Shown piece after piece: positions 54,421 to 64,000 of a DNA stretch of 64,000 nt (position 1 is its first letter; every line of letters begins with the position of its first letter). Below the pieces are notes generated by a model. That model was not told the origin of the DNA. It searched no databases and was given only the letters and a program-made list of their open reading frames with translations. A program made the translations under genes and the position numbers. The stretch lies in contig CM022666.1 of NCBI GenBank assembly GCA_012295275.1, forward strand, positions 6,634,001 through 6,698,000, written 5' to 3'. Source of the DNA: Chrysomallon squamiferum (lineage: Eukaryota > Animalia > Mollusca).

Positions 54421-55490
54421 ATGGCATTAATAATAATAATAATCGTTATATTGATCAATTTTACCCCATTATATTAAAAACAACACTGAACATAGAACTT
54501 TTTACACTCCATCTCCATAGCAACATATATATTTTTTTAAACAGAACATTTAAATAAATAAATATTTTCCTGTAATTTTGTTCAAAACAAATAATTTTCA
54601 ACAATAATTTAAATATAACGAAGAAAGTTAAAATACAGGCATTAAAAAATTAAAATATAAACATTTAAACTAACATATTTCAACACATTAATAAAATTAT
54701 TACTTAAAAATAATATCAAAAGAACACTTAATTATTATGACAATTATTATTATTATTATTATTAAATTCTAAACATTAACACTTAATTAATATTCAGTGA
54801 ATTAAAAAAGAAAAAAACTGAAAATTTTCAATGAAAATGGATAGATAGATCTGTTTCTTTTTCCTATGCATGCTTTTTGTTTGTTTTTTTAAGTTTTCTT
54901 TTTTATGACATAAGCTACAGTGTCAGTGGATCTTTACTTACGAAAACTAATATCTATTTCACTTGCATTGGAAAGCCCACCTGAAGGTAAAAAAACATGC
55001 AAAATCACAGAACATTTAGCAAAACTTAGGATCACCACACAAAGCATAAACAACAACAAAAAATTCAAAACTAAAATAAAATCTGAATTAAAACAAAAAA
55101 ACACCCACTGCTTAATGTTCTGTTTAAACTGGTTTTATGATTCTGAATATGTTTTGTTTATTTATTTATTTATCTTGTCTGTTTGTTTGTTTGTTTATTT
55201 TTATTGTTTAATTAATTGATTAATTTATTTATTTATTTATTTATCTTGTAAGTTTGTTTGTTTTATTTTATTGTTTGTTTTAATTAATTTATTTATTTAT
55301 CTTGTAAGTTTGTTTGTTTGTTTGTTTATTTTTATTGTTTAATTAATTAATTAATTAATTTATTTATTTATTTATTGTCTGTTAAGTAAATTTTATTTTA
55401 GTTTCTTTGTTCGTTTAAATATTTTTATTCATTTTTGTTTTTAATTTTTGAAAAGTAAAAAAAAAATATCATTAATATATGCATTGATAC

Positions 55491-55541
<51 letters not shown>

Positions 55542-56461
55542 CTTTTCTTCATCTTCCATTTTAATGAATTATTCAAAAATTTATTTTAAAGATTTAAATC
55601 AGTCTCAAACATTAATACCATATTGTTATAATAATCAACTATATTTCCCACAATTCCAAACAAAAATGGCTGACAAAACAAAATAAATATTACATAAATT
55701 TACACTTTAAACTTTTCTTTCCCTTGTTCTAACTTCTTGTTTATTTTCAGGCAGTGGGGATAAGATATATCACATTACCCAGAATTCCAAACAAACTTCC
55801 TTCCTGCCAGTGTAAGCAGACATGAAGCAGTGAGTGTAAAAATAGCACTTATTTCAAACGTTTTACATCTGGAAAAACATTCTATTATCTGCCATGTCAT
55901 CAGAAGGGAAAACAAGTCTGATTTGAGTTTTATGGGAAATAGATTATATTCAGTGCTTATATATATATATATATTCTTACCTAACTGCTATAATTGTATG
56001 TGTAAATTTATTAATATTAATATGTAAATAATTAATAATTTAATATGAAATTTTGTAAAAATATATATATTTCTTTGCAACAGAATTTACATTAAATATA
56101 ACTGTACTTAAATAGCTAAGATTTATAAATAAATGAAAAATTAATAAAATTAATTAGATTTTATCAAAAATAAATAGATGAAATTAGAGGCTATTATTTT
56201 AATACTACAACTAATAAATTATTTGTTTTTTTGTCTGTCTTTATTCCACAAATGTAAATGTTTGAAGTAAATGCTGTAACTGTCACAAATTAAAACAAGC
56301 CAGAACTATTTTTTTAAATAAATAAATTAATAAATAAAATTAATTAATAATTAATACTAACAACAAAAATTAACAAAACAGATTTTTACAGTTACAACAA
56401 ATAAAGCAAAAATATATTTTTAAAATAGAGAATTTTTTTTTTTTAATGAATGTAAAATTTA

Positions 56462-56492
<31 letters not shown>

Positions 56493-59400
56493 AACATGTT
56501 GAAAATTAAAAGTGTTATGTTCAACAATTTCTTTTTTTTCTTCTAACAAATCATCCACCATAAATTTGTTTAAATTATTTATTTATCAATTGAAATTGAT
56601 CTTGTGTTATTTCTTAAATGACAAAAAAGAAAGAAAAGTTATTTGGATACCAATAAAAATTAACCAAACCAAATGAGCTAAATATAAATATATCCCAATG
56701 CCTTTTACTAATAATGATAATAATAACAGCAACAACAGCAACAATAGCAAACTACAACAACATTAGATAAAACCAACACACCAACAGCTACAAAATATAA
56801 ATGTAAATGAAAATGTTAAAAAGCACATTTAATGACAAAGCCCCATAAAAAACCTAACATTTCTGATATTTCAAATTTAGAAGCATGTGTTTATTTTTAG
56901 TGTAAATGTTACTCAGAAGTATTAAAGAACACATCTGGTGGTGCTCGGTACAAAAAGAAGGAAATGAAGCAGGGGGATTAATGTTTAAAAACAAATTTGA
57001 AAAAAGGTGAAAATTGACAATACAGTACCTTCTGAAAGATGCCAATTTATGAAGAAAATTAAAAAAAAAAAAAAAAAATCTTTTGTTAATGACATTTTTT
57101 TATATTTACTGGTGTAAAAAATACAAATAATTAAAAAATGTTTTAAAAAATCTTGCTTTTCTATTTCTAAGGAAACCATGATTTAAAAATTATATATAAG
57201 TGGTAAAAATATTTATGAAAATCTTTCTTTATTTTTGAATATTTCAGCACCTCCTAAATTTGTAACTTTGAAACATTTGTCTAATTTGCACTGTTCTTTT
57301 TCTTCCTGTATTTTGTACTTTTCATGCTCTTCGTTTTTTTCAGAAAAAAAACACTATTTATTTTGAACAATTTAGGCAGAATACTTTTTGCTTATTTTTT
57401 CATTTTAGATTCTGTATCAATAGATTAATTTTAGATTTAATTATTAATAAAAATATTAAGATATATATATATATATAAAAAATATTAAAATCAAATAATT
57501 ATGAAAAATATTAAAAATCAAATAATTGTGAAAAATATAAAAATTAACAATTATTATTATATATTTTAAAACAAAATATGTAAACGATTAACAATTTTTT
57601 TCTTCAATTATTTAATGATGAATACAATTTCTCTCTTTATTCATTTATCTAATTTATTATTATTATTATTATTTTTTAAATACTATCTGGCTTCCCAATA
57701 AAAAGAAAAATCAAGATTTTAAAAAAATAATAATGAAAAGGATTTATTTTGGCAATTTAAATATTTAAACAAATAATTAATTCAACAAAAAAATGTTTAT
57801 TATGTAAACAAGGGACATTACTTTCAGTAAAGACAAATAATTTCATAGCAATGAACATGTAATAAATTATTGATTATTATTTTATAAATAAAATATAATC
57901 TTCGTCTTTAAAGTATACATATTACTTAAACCTATACCAAGATTTTTCTAAATACTACAACAGCAAATTTCTAAAATATTAATAAGTAACAAGCAGCCAC
58001 TACACATAAACTAAACAGGCTGAGTCACAGTTGTCAACTTTATGACTATGTTTGAAATAAAAATGTATTTAATTTAAAAATAAGATTTAAGTAATTAGAA
58101 ATATATTTTCTGTTTTTTTTAATTTTTTTAATTATCAGAGTTGAATCTTAATTTTATTTTACAAAATATTAATAATCAATAAAATAAATAAATATTTTTA
58201 TATAATAAATTTTAACTTTTTCAATTAATTTATTATTTTTATAAATTTTAGATTCTTTTTAATAAATATACTTATTTTATAAAAATATATTTTTTATATC
58301 CAATTCATTATTTACATTTAAAAAGTTAATTATTAAATTTATTTAATTTAAGCTATTTTATTCTATTTATTTATTTTATTCATAATTTACTAAAATTCAT
58401 TTATGTTTATTAATTAAATTTACTCAGTTAAATAAATGCATCCTTTGGATTTATTTTTTAAAATATTTTTGTTGTTTATTTAATAACTTTAAATTTAAAC
58501 ATAAGTATGCATAATTCAAATTAAAAAAATTAGTTTTGGGTTTCTTGTTCTATTTTTATTGAAAGATTTTTGCATTTATAATTTTTATAATTGTTTATTT
58601 TTGGTAAATTGTAAGATTTCTTCATTATATTATTTTAAAAATATTTAGTTATCTTTATTAATACAGTACTTAATATTTATTTACTTTTAACATTTTAAAA
58701 ATTCTTTGAATAATTTCTTCTTTTTTTGTTACTTTTTATTATTTTATTATTATTTATTTATTTTATTATTTTTTTTTTTTATTTTTTTTTTTTTTAAATT
58801 CTTTCTTTCTTTCTTTATTTAAATCTGTGACAAAGGCTGACAGTTTGTCTCTACAAAGCCATAAAAGTATAAACATAAAAGTTTAAAAAATAAAAAATAA
58901 TAAATTTGAAAAATTCCAATAACCTTCGTGTACAGCATAGTCTGCAGGTGAAATGAAAATGAAGCACATTAATTAGTTAATTACAGGTGAGATAGGTAAT
59001 TGAAGACAAGGTGTGTGGCAAGAAACAACATCAACATTAGACATGAGAAGATATTCTTCTTATTCACATAAATAAATAAATAAATAAAAAACACTAACAA
59101 ATTAAAAATCACTGAGACCAGAATAGATGTATATTTAAAAAATGAATGTTTTAAAAATTAAAATAAATAAACATTTTTTTTAAAAATCTGTTTCAAAAAC
59201 ATTACTTCATATTCACTTTTTTAAAAAGATGTTATTTGAAATAAAATACTTTTATTTACTGATAAATGATTGAAATATTGATCTCTGTGATACCATTTTC
59301 AATAAAATAAAAAAAAAAAATAAAAATATTGAATAATTAAGGCTATAAAGAAATGTTATATATATATAGTTTTATTATGAACTTATTAAATAAAAATGTA

Positions 59401-61367
59401 ATTTGTTTCATGCATGAAGAAAATAATTCATTTTGTAAAAAATAATAATAATATATTTTTAAGAAAAAAAACAAAGTAAACAAAATTTCAATTTTTGAAC
59501 AACCTAAATCAGTATTGTTCTAAACATAAATACATAATTTATAATTTACACAAGCTATTTTAATCATTGAAATATAATTTTACACACATTATTCTGTTCT
59601 AACAATAAAAACTCATTTTAAATTTATTTTAAGTAAAAAAATATATATTAAAAGAAAACGTAATACAAAACCATTTTCAATCAAATATACGAAGGCTAAT
59701 TTTTTTTTTTTTTTTTTTTTTTTTTTTGTTTGTTTTTAATCAAACAAAATATTTTAGATTTTTATTTTATATATTCACACACACACTAGATTATAGCCAG
59801 CTTCATAAACTTGATTTTTAAGTTTAAAATGTAAAAAGCTTGGGTTTATAAAACTGATTGAAGATACAGGAATAGCAAGAAGAAAAGCGAGAACAAAATA
59901 ACAGCACCAACTACAACAACAATAATGTAAAAATTTACCTTCTGTGAAGTGGCAAAATAAAAATGAAAATGAAAAATGATATTAAAACAACGGCTTAAAG
60001 ATATTTAAACTCTGATATATATGTATAAATAAATTTATCTCATATATCTATATATAAACAGAAATATATATGTTATAACATTTTTTTATTCTTTTTAAGC
60101 AGATAATGGGTTTTTATTTTTTTTATTTTTTAGCACAGGAATGTTTCTGATTTTATTTTTGCTTTTTAGATGTTGTGATTTTTGTTATATAACCACCATC
60201 CCCCAAAAAACAATGATTATAATTAAATATAATGGTTCATATAAAATGCTTGTCTAACTAGTAGAAAAATAAATTAATGCTTATGAGTACAGTACTTATG
60301 AGTACAGTATTTATTACTTATACCATACTTCTGGCTTATTTTTTTATATTTCTTATGGTAATAATACTAGTACTTATTAATTATATTTATTATAACATAC
60401 TTATTACTTATATATATAACATTTAAGTATACTTATATTTTTTCTTATAAACATTAAATACTTGTCAGTATATTTTATTATTATACTTCAATATATTTAT
60501 TATAATTAATAAATACTTCAGTGTACTAATTACTTATTATATATACTTCAGTTCTTATTACATATACTTCAATGTACTTATTACTTATGTTACTTATTAC
60601 TTATATGTTACTTATTACTTATGTTACTTATTACTTATGTTACTTATTACTTATATATTACTTATTACTTATATACTTACGTTCATCAGCACTAACATCT
60701 TCACTACCGCTTTGATCTTTGCTCTTCATGAATGGAAATTTTCGGGAAAATGAAAAGTTTTTCTTTTTCCTGTCATTGGCTGAAGCTTGTTGCTGTTAAA
60801 AAGAAAGAAAGAATTTTTTTTTTTTTTTTTTAAAATATATTTCAAAAATTAAATTTTAAAATCATATAGATAACATTTAAAAAATATTTTATATAGTTTT
60901 TCATACAGTTAGAAAGTACTTTATAATGGTTGTTGAATACAGGAACAAAAGTTGTATTGGGAAATTATTCAAAATTCACAAGAAAACTTACCTACTTTCA
61001 TGACATCATTTCTTTGTTAATTTGAACAAAAAAAAATTATTTATATTAATAAAGACTTACTCATTTATTTATTTTTTTCTAGTAAATAAAGAAACAAAAG
61101 AATCAATTATCAAAATTTGCTTCTAACATAACTTTTAATAAAATGTGGAGCTTGTACAGTAAAAATAATATTCAAAAATTCACATATGACAACTTACCCT
61201 ATCATTACTTTTTCCAGTAAATTTAACATTTTTCAATCTAGCTCTCTCTTTTCTTTCAACTCTGAAAAACAAAATAAAATAAATAAATAAATAAATGCTT
61301 TTAATAACAGAAAAACATTTATAACAATATTATTGGTTTATGAAAATATTAAGCTGTTGCTAAAACT

Positions 61368-61425
<58 letters not shown>

Positions 61426-61467
61426 AAGAAAAATGATGATGATAATAATAATAATAATAACAATGAA

Positions 61468-61503
<36 letters not shown>

Positions 61504-61832
61504 AATAATATAATAATAATAATAATAAAAAATAATAATAATAACATCACCACCAACAATAGAAATAATTAAAAAAACAATAATAATAATAAGCAACAAC
61601 CACAATTCAACAACAACAACAACAACAATAAAAATAATGTTTACCTTCTTTTACTTGGAGCTATGCCCATCCCTTCCTCTTCACCTTCCGGAGTTATCCT
61701 TCTTGCCTGCCACCATTCATCATCACTGGCATTTGTTACGTGAAGAATATCTCCATAACGGAAAACCAGGCCTTTACTAGGCAACCCACTGTCTTTAGAT
61801 GGGTCATAGTCAAACAATGCCCTGTGGAATAA

Positions 61833-61871
<39 letters not shown>

Positions 61872-62931
61872 ATACATAAATAATAAAAATAAATAAAAAA
61901 AAATAAATACATAAATACATAAATACATAAATACATACATAAATAAATACATAAATAAATACATAAATACATAAATAAATAAATAAACAAATAAATAAAT
62001 AAATAAATACGTAAATAAATAAATAAACAAATAAATAAATAAATACGTAAATACATAAATAAATAAATAAATAAATAAATACATACATAAATAAAATAAT
62101 AATAGTAATAATACTAATACTAATACTAATACTAATACTAATAATAATATTTATAATTATAATAATAATAATAAACAATCATAATTTAAATTAAAAGTAA
62201 ATAATAAAATATTCATTTTTATAATTGATCATTTGGCTTTATATGTTAGTTGGTTTAATACAGATTTTTAAAGAAATATTAAAATAAATAAATGAACAAA
62301 TTAAATCAATTAAAATAAAATAAGTCTAAATAAATAGTAAGTAAGTAAATAAATAATGCATAAATATATACACATATATAAACCTTTGAAAATACCGAAA
62401 ATACATGCAAAAAAGAAAATAAAACATTTTCAAAATATAGTTAGGCTAATTTTTTGTAATGGAATAAAATTTCAACAAAATTCAGAATTTCTAGGATACT
62501 AAATATCAATGTATGATGGTATCAGGTAGAATTTCTAGGATACTAAATAACAATGTATGATGGTATCAGGTAGAATTTCTAGGATACTAAATAACAATGT
62601 ATGATGGTATCAGGTAGAATTTCTAGGATACTAAATAACAATGTATGATGGTATCAGGTAGAATTTCTAGGATACTAAATAACAATGTATGATGGTATCA
62701 GGTAGAATTTCTAGGATATTAAATAACAATGTATGATGGTATCATGGTATCAAATAACAAAGTATGAACTTCTAGGATTTCTAAATACTAAACAATGTAT
62801 GATGGTATCAGGTAATTTTTTAACTCACCTAACGAAAAGAGTTCGTTTCTGCGTCGTTTTCAAACTTCCTGTGCTTGTATTCATCATCTGTTCCCTCAAA
62901 TCTTGAATTTTTGCTTCAAATCTGTTATACT
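49935..62931 (-). CDS. DLG1: Discs large MAGUK (DLG1/dlg), 3' part: post-PDZ3 linker, SH3, HOOK, GUK; 5' exons outside the window
   Basis: Exons 62931-62829, 61821-61645 ([15 protein letters not shown]...DDEWWQARR), 61261-61198, 60792-60681 ([11 protein letters not shown]), 54980-54942, 54087-54040, 53433-53332 ([22 protein letters not shown]), 52305-52133, 51585-51476, 51059-50968, 50041-49935 (IWVPAKEKL*). Phases consistent. Confidence 0.96.
62484..62815. repeat. 44-bp intronic minisatellite
   Basis: AGAATTTCTAGGATACTAAATAACAATGTATGATGGTATCAGGT, about 7 copies next to a DLG donor. Confidence 0.92.
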
Positions 62932-62938
62932 CTGAAAA

Positions 62939-62981
<43 letters not shown>

Positions 62982-63865
62982 ACAAACAAACAAATAGGAA
63001 AATAAATAAGTAAATAAATAAATAAACAAATAAATAAATAAATAAATAAATATGTAAATAAATAAATAAGTAAATAAATAAGTAAATAAATATGTAAATG
63101 AGTGAACAAATAACAAAAATGAATGAGTAAATATAAATATAAAAAAATTAAGAAAATAAATAAATGAACAAATGAACAAATAAATAAATAAATAAGTAAA
63201 CTAAATGAGTGGATAAACAAAACAAAAAAATATGATAAATTAAAGTTATTTACTAACAAAAACAAACAAACAAACAAACAGTTTAAACTAACTAACTAAC
63301 TAAATAAACAAATAAATAAATAAGTAAAAAAATAAATCTCCATGTTTACTAATTTTCATTTCTGACTCTCAGTTAGAGTTTTCACAAAAACATTGTAAAA
63401 AAAAACAACATCCCAGTTCTTCAAACTTTTATCACCACAGATAACACTTATCACTTGAAACATTCTTCCAATTTAGAGTTAATCCAGTATTTAAACATCC
63501 AAGCTGATAGCAGATAAATATGCCATAGGAAGAGAAGAGAATTATTTACAAAATAAATACAGATAGCAACAGAATCGCCATGGCAACAAACCACTGCATT
63601 TCTTGTGAGTGTTCAGTCATGTTACTGTTGGTGGATACTCGTGTTCAAGCAAGTATTTGACTGACTAATATTAATGAGATAATTACACACAAGTGTGTGG
63701 TCAGTAAATTGCATGTGAATGTTTATTCATTAACGTTGTGAGCAAGAACGTTAATATGTACTAACCACAGTAAATAATAAATACAGATATATGAAATCTT
63801 TATGCATTTGTATACATCTTACCCATCACCTAACCTTCATTCTTTCATTTTTCTCTCCTTCCCCG

Positions 63866-63935
<70 letters not shown>

Positions 63936-64000
63936 CTCTTCTCTGTCCTCTTTTCTTTTTCTCTCTCACCCAAAATCCCACTGTCTGTCAGTTAGCAAGT

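Noticed and set aside
56853-56861. Additional 9-nt DLG microexon (CAG|AAATGTTAG|GTTTTT)
   Set aside because: Weak donor and poor pyrimidine tract.
62484-62815. CRISPR-like array
   Set aside because: Pure tandem repeat without unique spacers, in a eukaryotic intron.
63574-63587. RFX-like ATCGCCATGGCAAC in a DLG intron
   Set aside because: Single motif with no supporting context.

Overview
Very AT-rich, microsatellite-dense animal genomic DNA; a lophotrochozoan/mollusc is my inference from style, not proven. Four intron-containing genes were reconstructed with frame-consistent GT-AG junctions. (1) A two-TM NIT-domain guanylate cyclase with a degenerate catalytic site (minus, 4199-11619). (2) Selenoprotein T with an in-frame UGA and a type-II SECIS in a separate 3'UTR exon (minus, 39805-43222). 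(3) TAF9, head-to-head with SELENOT (plus, 43890-47248). (4) The 3' half of Discs large (minus, 49935-62931), with candidate microexons. Three DNA-transposon derivatives have clear termini and target-site duplications (TSDs). The most striking feature lies between 13.6 and 35.4 kb: three tandem copies of an apparently non-coding minus-strand unit. Each copy has a CRE-containing promoter-like end, a conserved ~200-nt intron, a 1.5-2.9 kb UGCAUG/UGUU-rich minisatellite closed off by long-range helices, and a 148-nt length-invariant structured domain made of two tandem hairpin modules. I interpret this as a candidate undescribed family of structured, repeat-rich lncRNAs. All coordinates and pairings were read by eye; nothing was searched or computed.
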